From: Synechococcus sp.
GTDB taxonomy: Bacteria; Cyanobacteriota; Cyanobacteriia; Thermostichales; PCC-7336
Assembly (NCBI GenBank): GCA_051439425.1
Contig: JBFRWD010000156.1
Span: 1-55,138 of the forward strand
DNA: 55,138 nt
Direction of reading: 5' to 3'
Notes under the pieces: generated by a model
Database searches by the model: none
What the model saw: only the letters and a program-made list of their open reading frames with translations
What the model was told of the DNA's origin: nothing
Part shown: in pieces, positions 30,401-39,698 of the stretch
Layout: each line of letters starts with the position of its first letter
How positions within the stretch are numbered: position 1 is the stretch's first letter
Program-made: the position numbers and the translations under genes

Positions 30401-31511
30401 CTTGCCTATTCCCGTTTGCCATTAGGATAGGTACACTTTCATTGTATAAATATGCCAAATTGTTCTAATGTATAATCTCAAATCTTTACAGAAACTAATT
30501 CTGACGGATACCGTGGCACTAGACATTTGGCTTTAATCGAGATTTTGCCAGGCTTTTCGTCGATAGCGTATAGCAATTCAGTCAGCTACGTGTATCTTCT
30601 TAAGAGCCGTCAACTCTGGGCTACAGTCTTACTGCATACGGCGTATTAAATCTTTATGAGAATAAAAATACTTAGATAGCTTAAACGTTGTAGTAAATGT
30701 ATGGCTCAGTAAGCTAAGCTGGCTTGTTTTGCTGGTGAGACTACTACTTACTCGATACTGCTGCTGACGCTAAAATCTTATTATTGAAGTGCTCGATCGT
30801 ATTCTGGACTGCTTTTCCATCGACAATAGGCTTCAATGCATTAACATGTCCTCCAGAAACCCTTTTTAGAAATTTCTGGAGAACGCGAAATGGAAGTTCT
30901 TCCATAGAAATGCGAAAGAATCCCTGGCTAAGTTGATATTACTCAAAGTGAATCATACAGATTCGGAGACAAAAGCCATAGTTTAACGATCGTATAGCGA
31001 TCTCCAGAATAATCTAGATTATTTGCTCAATTGGCATGTGTGGTTAGAGGACGTAAAGCCTATAGAAGCCAAGTGACTAAATCTTGTATTGATTCCTTAT
31101 CGAAGCCAAGTATAAAAGCGAGAGAAGCTACAGATGATGAAAGAGTCCACAATGTATTGTCTATTTTAGCTGGGATAGTAATAGAAGAGTCGTCAGTAAA
31201 ATGCTTCGGCGATGTAATTTTCCTCTAATGGGCTCATCATAAAAGGTTCAGATCAATAAAATAATAAATGTACTTACTATTTTTCTTCTATTACCTCCTT
31301 ATAACCTTTTTCATACAGCCCAGTATTCAGCTTCACCATCAGAATGGTTGACGCCGCAGAATAAAAGAATAGGATGTAACCAAAGAAAGTAGGTGCCCTC
31401 TGTCTTTGTCGATAATAGTGATTTGAGTTAAGCAAATGTATTGTTGTTGAGGGGACGATTTGGCCACAAGCAGTATAGTTAGTGTTGATTGCTCTGGAGC
31501 TTGTAGAAGGA

Positions 31512-32048
31512 ATGGACGAGCAGCTTCTCTCGATCTTTCTGGTAGAATACTCAGCCCTCAAGTCAGAACAGAATGCCCGCATTGGCTTTCGAGACAACCT
31601 TCTTTACGTTACACTTGGCTTGTTCGGGGGCATTATGTCTTTTGCTCTGACAAATGAAGATGGAGCGATTGCATTGCTTGTAATTCCTTGGGTCTGTTTG
31701 GTTTTGGGATGGACCTATATAGTCAATGACGAAAAGATTTCGTCTAGCGGTGATTATATTCGGACTGTTTTGAGTAAACAAATTGCCAAACATATCGATC
31801 CCTCTTCCGATGTAGACTTCTTTGGCTGGGAACGCTTCCATAAAATAGATGCACGTCGTATCGATCGCAAACGTAAACAGTTATTGGTCGACCAGATGGC
31901 TTTTGTTCTGTCTGGTATTATTGCCATATCCTTGTTCTGGATTCGCAAACCCGACCCCAACCTTTTGAATATTTTCATCAGTGGAGTCGAATTCATTTGC
32001 TTGGTACACTTAGGTCTAGAAATCAAATCCTATACTAGAATTACTTGA
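31512..32048 (+). CDS. multi-pass membrane protein of unknown function
   Basis: EYSALKSEQNARIGFRDNLLY followed by 2 TM helices, NDEKIS..GDYIR, FGWE, then 2 more TM helices; ATG at 31512 (alternative GTG 31482). Confidence 0.75.
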   Translation: MDEQLLSIFLVEYSALKSEQNARIGFRDNLLYVTLGLFGGIMSFALTNEDGAIALLVIPWVCLVLGWTYIVNDEKISSSGDYIRTVLSKQIAKHIDPSSDVDFFGWERFHKIDARRIDRKRKQLLVDQMAFVLSGIIAISLFWIRKPDPNLLNIFISGVEFICLVHLGLEIKSYTRIT

Positions 32049-32741
32049 AATTATAAGCAGTCTAGTATTTAGGCAAAGTAGTTTTACAAAATCGTCAAGC
32101 ACTGCTCAAATTGATTTCAAAAGACTGCAACTCCTCATAGACTTGAAATACTTCTTTTCTTCGTTTACATTAAAGATAGCCAACCTTTTTGAGGCCTTAG
32201 AGCTATGTTCTAAATATAGTTTATATAGGATTTTCAGGGGTATTTCTTGTATTTAAGATAACAGAGGTGCTGAGTGATTTGAGGGGAACGACATAACTGC
32301 GCTCGGGTTGTTCTCGGCATCTTGAAGATGCCCCAAACTACTCATTGATATAGCCTATTTAACATTAGTCATACTTTTCCTGTTGCGGCTATTTCCTCTT
32401 AAGGATCAAAAATCTAGAGCTCATTGAGGGACTATCTGATTAAGTCTAAAACACTGACCGCAATTTGGAATACTTGCTGAGAAATCGTTTCAGACCTCTG
32501 TAATCGTAAATGTTGAATTGTTTCTCTGAAGGCAGTGTTTCAGGCAAACGCAATCTGCTGTCGACATGTTCTTTGTTCGAGATCGGAGGCCAACAGGAGG
32601 CGATCTCTTTGAAGGATACCTACAACCGCACGTACGGCTACACCGTTTTCTATCGACTTGAGATGGAATTGGCTCGGTGTCTTTTTCAGATAGTAGGATA
32701 GTGCTCCTCAACTTTGACAGACACAGGCACACACCAAACAA

Positions 32742-33203
32742 ATGTCAAATACAATACGTATCCGCATAGCCGAACCGCAAGACATTGAAACCCTGTTCGA
32801 TATTCGTACTAGCGTGGTTGAAAATTACCAATCGCGCGAGGAAATCGCTGCTTTGGGGATTACTCCGGGCTCGGTTGCTGACATGCTGCAGGAGAACTGC
32901 AAGGCATGGATTGCCGAAATAGACGGCCAAGCGATTGGGTTTTCCCTCGCTAACAAAGATGACGCAACCATTGTGGGAATGTTCGTTCGACCCCAGTTTG
33001 AAGGTCGTGGGGCAGGACGATATTTGATGACAGTAGCGGAAGATTGGCTGCGATCGCAGGGGGTTGACGAAGCTTGGTTGCTGACTGGCAACGACCCTAC
33101 ACTGAGGGCGTATGGCTTCTACCTACATTTGGGATGGATGCCTGCTGGGATCGAAACTGGCGGAGCGTTCTCCGGAGAGATGCGATTTATCAAGCAGTTG
33201 TAG
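32742..33203 (+). CDS. GNAT family N-acetyltransferase
   Basis: MFVRPQFEGRGAGRYL acetyl-CoA motif A; AYGFYLHLGW. Confidence 0.9.
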   Translation: MSNTIRIRIAEPQDIETLFDIRTSVVENYQSREEIAALGITPGSVADMLQENCKAWIAEIDGQAIGFSLANKDDATIVGMFVRPQFEGRGAGRYLMTVAEDWLRSQGVDEAWLLTGNDPTLRAYGFYLHLGWMPAGIETGGAFSGEMRFIKQL

Positions 33204-33227
33204 GGCTTGCCAATATCAATTTAGTGA

Positions 33228-33417
33228 TTGGCAATCCACTATGGAGACTTCCCTGACTACTTTTCCTTAAAAATCACGTATGGCAGTGGCCACACCACTG
33301 CGGACATTTCAGCTATGTTTATCTCTGACTGTGCTTAGATTCCTTTGTCCTAACTGAAATGGCAAGCACTATATTGCTGCGATCTCAACCCTCTAGACCT
33401 TACAAAGGATTGCCATA
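33228..33417 (+). mobile_element. miniature inverted-repeat element family A, interrupted by a nested family B element
   Basis: Ends GGCAATCCACTATGGAGACTTCCCTGA and CTCAACCCTCTAGACCTTACAAAGGATTGCCATA closely match the uninterrupted copy at 41780-41876. Confidence 0.8.
33281..33371 (+). mobile_element. miniature element family B (91 bp), flanked by TA on both sides
   Basis: GCAGTGGCCACACCACTGCGGACATTTCAGCTATG...TGAAATGGCAAGCACTA matches the reverse complement of 49811-49901. Confidence 0.8.
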
Positions 33418-33444
33418 CAGGCTAGCGTGTGAAAAGATGCCGCT

Positions 33445-34161
33445 CTAGAACAGAGCGTTGGGATTTTTCTTGGACATAAAGAATTTCACTAATAACACCC
33501 CAAAGACAAACCCCCCCGCGTGAGCCCAATAGGCGATACCGCCGGTTCCCATGTTGACTTGGTCGTCTAGTGATAAAACGCTGTAGAACGCTTGTTGAAC
33601 AAACCACCACCCTAAATAAAATAGGGCAGGGATTCGCAGCCGGATCGGGATGAAACCCAACAGAAAAATAGCTTTCACTCGGGCTTTGGGGAAATTGATC
33701 AAGTAAGCGCCCAATACTCCGGCGATCGCCCCACTGGCCCCAATATTGGGAACTACAGAGGTCGGATCTGACAGAATTTGGGCGACAGTTGCTCCTAAAC
33801 CGCAAAGGAGATAAAAAATCAGAAACTTAACGTGGCCCATGACATCTTCGATGTTGTCACCAAAGATCCATAGAAACAGCATGTTGCCGATGATGTGAAA
33901 AAAGCCACCGTGCATGAACATAGCGGCCAACATGGGGAACAACAGGGCGGGAAGTGCCCATACCTGTCCGGAAATAAGCTGATTGAAACTGGCAAATTCC
34001 CGAGCAGGGATGACCGCGTATGTCTGGAAAAACTGGGGTAGTAGATCAAGCGTAGCTAGATACAGTTGGAAGAGAAAGACAGCCACATTGATTGCGACAA
34101 GGATTTGCAACACAAATGGCCGCGACTTACTGGGATTTTCATCGCTATAAGGGAACAGCAA
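33445..34161 (-). CDS. rhomboid family intramembrane serine protease
   Basis: MFMHGGFFHIIGNMLFLWIFGDNIED, IGASGAIAGVLGAY, AYWAHAGGF. Confidence 0.93.
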   Translation of the reverse strand: MLFPYSDENPSKSRPFVLQILVAINVAVFLFQLYLATLDLLPQFFQTYAVIPAREFASFNQLISGQVWALPALLFPMLAAMFMHGGFFHIIGNMLFLWIFGDNIEDVMGHVKFLIFYLLCGLGATVAQILSDPTSVVPNIGASGAIAGVLGAYLINFPKARVKAIFLLGFIPIRLRIPALFYLGWWFVQQAFYSVLSLDDQVNMGTGGIAYWAHAGGFVFGVLLVKFFMSKKNPNALF

Positions 34162-34370
34162 CAGTCATTACCTCGGCGGCAGAAGTTGGGAGCTGACAGG
34201 CCCCATTCATGCCGTCAGCCTATCATTTTGAGAATTGAGGCAGGAGCGATGTTGAATCGCCCGCCGGAGGGAGTTGCGGCTGGCCTTCCCTGCGCAAGTC
34301 TGTCAGTTCCATCAATCCATTGTGAGTGGCTACAGCAAGGTGAGTGACTACAGCAAGCCGCCGATTTGAG

Positions 34371-36764
34371 CTAACTCCTTAAGCTGACCGAGAACTGCTT
34401 TTCTAGTTGCTGCCGTACCTCTTGATGGGCTGATTCCACTTCCGCCTCCGTCAAGGTGCGATCTCCCGAACGGTACACAATTCGGAATGCCAAACTACGC
34501 TGTCCGTCCGGTACCCCCTTGCCGCGATATTCGTCAAACAACTGCACTGATTCCAACAGCTCGCCGCCAGCTTTCGCAATCGCCGTTTCCAGCTCTCCCA
34601 CACTCACCTCTAATGGACTGTAGAAGGCAATGTCGCGATCGGATGCAGGGAAAGTGGAGAAATTGCTGTAAGTGACGATTCCCACTGCTTGCAGACCATC
34701 CACCAGAATGGGGAGCGACAATTCAAAAGCATAGACCTCAGACGGTAAACCCCGTTCTTTGGCCGAGCGAGGATGCAGTTGGCCGAATATTCCCAGCCGC
34801 TGCTTCTTCAGCCACAGTGATGCTGTTCGTCCGGGGTGCAACAGCTCCTGCTCGCTGTCGCTCTGGAAGGTGACCTCCAACCCCAACCGCTCGAATACTT
34901 TCACTAGCAGGCCTTTGGCTGCAAACCAATCGAGAGATTGTGCGGTCTTTTGCCAGCCTTGGCGGGTGGGATTACCGCCGAAAACACCACCGATGCGAGT
35001 TTCCTCAACATAGCGATCGCCCTCTCGCCAGAAGACTTTCCCCACTTCAAAGCCATTCAGCGGGCCGTTACCGCGATCTTGGTTAAATGCATAAGCATCC
35101 ACCAACCCTGACAGTAGTTCCTGTCGTAAGGCCGAAAACTCTTCCGCAATCGGATTGGTGATAACTACCGGTACCCCTGTTGTTTGGGGGCAGAGGGAAA
35201 TTTGCATGAGTTCGGTCAGTCCCGAACTGCGGAAGGCCAAACGAATGCGACGTAGTAACAATTCCCAATTGGAAATATCGCCGACGCTGGCTTCGCTAGG
35301 TAATGTAGCCGAGAACCGATCGTAGCCGTATAGGCGGGCAAACTCTTCAATCAGGTCAATTTCCCGTTCGATGTCCCGCTGACGATAGGCCGGAACGTTA
35401 ACCGTCCAGACGGTTTCGGCCTCAGAGGTTTGCTGGGTCATCTCGAACCCCAGGGCCTCTAGATATTCCACGACCGTAGCTGCTGAGATTGTGTCTCCCA
35501 TGATGTCGTTCAGGCGCTGTAACCTCAGCACGATCGTGCGCTCGCCGCTAGGGCGAGCATCGTGTACGGTCTCTTCAACTAGCTCTCCACCTGCAATCTC
35601 TAGGATGAGGGCAACAGCGCGATCGCGAGCCGTCAACCAGGCCGATGCATCTATCCCCCGCTCGTAACGTGCAGAGGCTTCTGTTCTCAGGGTTTGGGCG
35701 CGGGCCGATCGACGAACAGCGACGGGATCGAACAGGGCAGCTTCTAAAAAGATATCGGCAGATGCTTCGTTGACCTCGGTGTCTTCCCCACCCATAACAC
35801 CGGCCAGTGCAACCGGACGATCGGCGGCTGTAATGACTAGGTTGTCGGTGGCCAGATTGCGATTGCTACCATCCAGGGTCTTGAGGGTTTCTCCAGCAAT
35901 AGCCAAGCGGACGCCTACTGTGGGGGTTGCATCTCCTATGACTGATTGTAATTTCTGCCAATCAAACGCGTGCAAGGGTTGCCCCCATTCCACTAGCACG
36001 TAGTTCGTGATGTCCACGACATTGTTGATGGAACGCACACCGGCTGCTTCCAGTTTTTTGCTCAGCCATGCGGGGGAGGGAGCAATTTTCACACCGCGAA
36101 TCAAGCTGCCACTGTAGGCTGGGCAGGCCGCAGAATCGGCCACATTCAGAGTTACTGTTGCGGATTGTTGGGGCTTGGTTGCAGTGGAAACAGGCAAATT
36201 GACGGAGTTACGGGTGATGGCCGAGAGCTCTCGGGCAATGCCCACCATACTGAGGGCATCCGCTCGATTGGCGGTAGACACCAAATCTAAGATGGCATCG
36301 TCTAAGCCCAGCAGAGGACGAACATCACTGCCCACCTGTGGGGTGCCGTCAAATTCATAAATGCCTGCGGACTCTTCCTCCAGCCCTAATTCTTTCAGGG
36401 AGCAAATCATGCCTTCCGACTTCACTCCCCGCAGCTTGGTTTTGCGGAGTTTGAGGTCGATAGTGGGTAGGTAAGTCCCTACAGTGGCGACGGCAACGTA
36501 GAGTCCGGTGCGAGCGTTTTTGGCTCCGCAGACAATGGTGAGTGGATTTTCTGCATTCACATCCACTTGGCACACTTGCAGGCGATCGGCATTGGGATGC
36601 TGCTCGGCAGACAGGATATGGCCGACCACAACACCATCGGCACGAACTTGCAGATCGTCAATGTCTTCTACCTCGAATCCTGTTAGGGTCAAAGCCTCGC
36701 CGATCGCCTCTGGGTCCCAGTCAAACTCCACCAGTTCCCGTAACCATTTCAGGGAAATTTTCAC
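34371..36764 (-). CDS. pheT: phenylalanine--tRNA ligase beta subunit
   Basis: MKISLKWL, HPNADRL.VC, RGVKSEGMICS..ELG, NRADALS, INNVVDITNYV..E.GQPLHAFD, C-terminal FPASDRDIA / SLAFRI. Confidence 0.98.
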   Translation of the reverse strand: MKISLKWLRELVEFDWDPEAIGEALTLTGFEVEDIDDLQVRADGVVVGHILSAEQHPNADRLQVCQVDVNAENPLTIVCGAKNARTGLYVAVATVGTYLPTIDLKLRKTKLRGVKSEGMICSLKELGLEEESAGIYEFDGTPQVGSDVRPLLGLDDAILDLVSTANRADALSMVGIARELSAITRNSVNLPVSTATKPQQSATVTLNVADSAACPAYSGSLIRGVKIAPSPAWLSKKLEAAGVRSINNVVDITNYVLVEWGQPLHAFDWQKLQSVIGDATPTVGVRLAIAGETLKTLDGSNRNLATDNLVITAADRPVALAGVMGGEDTEVNEASADIFLEAALFDPVAVRRSARAQTLRTEASARYERGIDASAWLTARDRAVALILEIAGGELVEETVHDARPSGERTIVLRLQRLNDIMGDTISAATVVEYLEALGFEMTQQTSEAETVWTVNVPAYRQRDIEREIDLIEEFARLYGYDRFSATLPSEASVGDISNWELLLRRIRLAFRSSGLTELMQISLCPQTTGVPVVITNPIAEEFSALRQELLSGLVDAYAFNQDRGNGPLNGFEVGKVFWREGDRYVEETRIGGVFGGNPTRQGWQKTAQSLDWFAAKGLLVKVFERLGLEVTFQSDSEQELLHPGRTASLWLKKQRLGIFGQLHPRSAKERGLPSEVYAFELSLPILVDGLQAVGIVTYSNFSTFPASDRDIAFYSPLEVSVGELETAIAKAGGELLESVQLFDEYRGKGVPDGQRSLAFRIVYRSGDRTLTEAEVESAHQEVRQQLEKQFSVSLRS

Positions 36765-36891
36765 AGCTGCACCCGCTTGCTCGCACAGCTTTTTATGCTA
36801 GCACTCGGCCGCCCTCCCGCTGTGGTTGCCACGCAGTAAATCTAGTTCTGGTGAGTCTCGCGATTCGGTTTGTGGTTTTGCTTTCTGCTTG

Positions 36892-36988
36892 TATGGCAAT
36901 CCGCTGTAAGGCCTAGAGTCGAGAGACAGCTCAAAGCCTCTCTCGATAAAGAGAAATGAGTGGAGAACTCTCCATAGAGGATTGCCTA
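36892..36988 (-). mobile_element. miniature inverted-repeat element family A (divergent interior)
   Basis: TATGGCAATCCGCTGTAAGGCCTAGAG...TCTCCATAGAGGATTGCC is the reverse complement of the family A ends. Confidence 0.75.
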
Positions 36989-37103
36989 ACGCAGTAGCTT
37001 GCACGGGCAGTAAGGATGGCGAACGTTGAGTCTCCATTGTGATGTGGACTGGTGCATTGCGAATTAACTGATGCACTGAATCGCGATCACCCAACCCCTA
37101 TTG

Positions 37104-37148
37104 CAAAAAATTATTTCCCAAAAAACTATTTCCCAAAAACTTATTTTC
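37104..37148. repeat. 15-bp AT-rich tandem repeat x3
   Basis: caaaaaattatttcc caaaaaactatttcc caaaaacttattttc. Confidence 0.7.
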
Positions 37149-37376
37149 TCGATGCCAAGCAGACGTTTTCTCACATACTTCGGGGGAGCTAGGGGAGGGG
37201 CAAGCGTATCCAACAGAGCGTTTCGTTCGAAAAGTCATTACAGTAATAAACAGTCCGAGACCTCCACCGGCACGTTCCGCATCGATGTGCATTACAAGGT
37301 GTATCTCTTTCGTACTCCCTCCTCAACACCCATAAGATGAACTTCCGCAGCCCCATCTCCTCTGGATGTAGAGCAC

Positions 37377-39422
37377 GTGATACCCCTGCTTTTCTGGTTA
37401 GCTCCCCTATCGATAGCCCAACTTCCCCCTCTGGAATCGGTTCCACCTGAACCCCCTTCTCCTGGAACGTCAGCCGAGAGTCTACAGGTCAATAGTGAGG
37501 CCGCTCAGTTACGTCCCGAGGGAGAATTGCCTTCAGGTCTAGACGAAGAGCGCAATGGAGATAATGTTCAGATTGAGGACGTCAATCCTGTTGTGCAGGC
37601 GGAAGCTGTGCCGGAGGAACAACCTTTCGAACGGGGGGGCGTCAGTCCTGAATTAGCCCCGTCCCCAGAGCTGTTTCCTACCCCTCCCGACGCATTTGCC
37701 ACGGAATCCTCTTTACCCGAAAACGCCCTGCAAATTCGCTCGGATCGTCAGACCTTCAATTCTGACACCCAAATCTTTACGGCGGAAGGCAATGTGGAGA
37801 TGGTGTTTGGGCAAACCATCCTCAACGCCGACACCGTCACCATGAATTTGGTCACGGAAATTGCGACGGCAGAGGGCAATGTCGTCATCAAAATCGACGA
37901 GCGTCAGGAGGTTCGGGGCACTTACTTGGAGTACAACACGGGGAATCAAACTGGCTACCTCGATAATGCAGAAGGGGAGCTGGATATCGTTAACTTGCCG
38001 GCTAACATTCAACGGGCAACGCTATCTACTGACGCTGCCGCTACCTCTGTCTTTGACACGCCCTCATCCCGAGCGGACATTAAATTCGTGCGATTCGAAG
38101 CCGATCGTATCGATCTCACCCCCGAGAATTGGACAGCCACTAACATTGCCGTGACCAATGACCCGGAAGGGCCGCCACGAGGACCGGAATTAGAGCGGCG
38201 ATCGGAAACAGCGGTATTGGAAGAATTACCCAATGGTGCCAGCCTGTTGACCATGCGGGGCAGTAGCTTGTGGTTCGATCGCAAATTTCGGCTTCCTTTG
38301 CGAGATAACCGAATTGTTATTGGGGATGACTCAGTCGGTCGCCGCCCTCCGTTCGATATTTTGTATGACGATGATGATGGTGGACTGATTCTGCGTCGAA
38401 ATCTGGAGTTACTGGGGCAGCGGAATATTGCATTTACTATTGCCCCACGATTGCGGGTCCAGCAATTTAGTAACGAAGATGGCATTCTGGCTGCCTTTGG
38501 CCTGGATTTGGAGTTCAACCGGGTCAGCCCCGGCAGACAGGTCACCGACATTTTTGTCGCCCTCAACTCCCTCGCGTTTGCCAGTGGTGTGGATGAAGAA
38601 ATTCGCACCCGCATCCAGCACCGTATCCCGGTGGGGGACAACCTTGGCGATGTTGTGTTGCGCTACGCCTACCGTCCCCGCTTCCGACCGATTTTTGGCG
38701 AGGTCGACCGGCGCACCGATTTGTTTCACGAAGCAGGGGTTGCCTACAACTCACCAACGATCGCGCTGGGCAATTCCGGTCTTCGCTTTAGTTCTCGAGT
38801 AGCGGGAGACTATCTAGACGGTGAAAGTCGCGATGACCGCACGGAGTTTGTGCAAGTGGGTCGCTTGCGGACAGATGCTGCGCTGAGTGGCAGATTTCCG
38901 TTGTGGGAGTTGGATGTCAGCGATCTCCCCCAACCTCGGTTTAGTTTTGCCCCCATTCAGCAGGGGTTTTGGCTAATTTCCGGATTGCGTACCAATTTGG
39001 CCGGTTACACTACGGGTGACCTACAGGCTTCCCTGATTGGCAGCGTGGGCCTCCAAACTGTCCTGGGCGAGTTCGACCGCGATTTCTTCGACTACACCGC
39101 TTTTAGCGTGGTGTATAGCAACGGTGTCGTTGATGATGACACGCCGTTACGCTTCGATCGGTTCCGCTCGCGAGAGACGGTCCGCATGGGACTTAGGCAG
39201 CAGATTTACGGTCCGTTCAGGATTGGCGCCGACACGCGCATTCGCCTCGATGAGGGCTTCGAAGAGCTGGATACTCTCTATTCACTCTCCTACGATCGCC
39301 GCACATACGGTATCGACATCATCTTCAGTATTGCCAGTGGTTCGGGTGCTTTTCGGGTGCGCATCGATGATTTCAATATTTTTGATGCCGATGTGGGACT
39401 TCCCGAGGGAACGCTGCGGTAA
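37377..39422 (+). CDS. LptD/OstA-like outer-membrane LPS-assembly protein (cyanobacterial DUF3769 type)
   Basis: OstA-like SDRQTFN..IFTAEGNV..ATAEGNV; RFEADRI; C-terminal FFDYT, QQIYGPFRIG, YSLSYDRRTY, FRVRIDDFN. Confidence 0.82.
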   Translation: MIPLLFWLAPLSIAQLPPLESVPPEPPSPGTSAESLQVNSEAAQLRPEGELPSGLDEERNGDNVQIEDVNPVVQAEAVPEEQPFERGGVSPELAPSPELFPTPPDAFATESSLPENALQIRSDRQTFNSDTQIFTAEGNVEMVFGQTILNADTVTMNLVTEIATAEGNVVIKIDERQEVRGTYLEYNTGNQTGYLDNAEGELDIVNLPANIQRATLSTDAAATSVFDTPSSRADIKFVRFEADRIDLTPENWTATNIAVTNDPEGPPRGPELERRSETAVLEELPNGASLLTMRGSSLWFDRKFRLPLRDNRIVIGDDSVGRRPPFDILYDDDDGGLILRRNLELLGQRNIAFTIAPRLRVQQFSNEDGILAAFGLDLEFNRVSPGRQVTDIFVALNSLAFASGVDEEIRTRIQHRIPVGDNLGDVVLRYAYRPRFRPIFGEVDRRTDLFHEAGVAYNSPTIALGNSGLRFSSRVAGDYLDGESRDDRTEFVQVGRLRTDAALSGRFPLWELDVSDLPQPRFSFAPIQQGFWLISGLRTNLAGYTTGDLQASLIGSVGLQTVLGEFDRDFFDYTAFSVVYSNGVVDDDTPLRFDRFRSRETVRMGLRQQIYGPFRIGADTRIRLDEGFEELDTLYSLSYDRRTYGIDIIFSIASGSGAFRVRIDDFNIFDADVGLPEGTLR

Positions 39423-39698
39423 CATCAGCTTGGTTTCGATAGCTCTCCTCTCAGGCCTTTCTCCTAGACCTCAACCGTAGTTAAGGAGGTGCTTGCTATC
39501 TCTAGCCGCTGCTCGAGATGATGTCGAACTTGTTTCTATTGCAAGTGAATGGGCCGTTAGGACATATGTAATAGAGCTGATGCTGAATTGACAACACTTA
39601 CTCCCATAACCAGTTGGCTGAGGATATCGTAGAGAACTCTCCACCGCTGATTGCTGAAAGCTACATTTTCAAATACTTCAACTATAAATATGTGAAAG

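Noticed and set aside
31031..31480. Short ORFs in the island spacer as additional system genes
   Set aside because: Short, non-ATG or overlapping, with no motifs; possibly decayed sequence but unsupported.
32490..32741. Short ORFs upstream of the GNAT gene
   Set aside because: No recognisable homology; conflicting frames.
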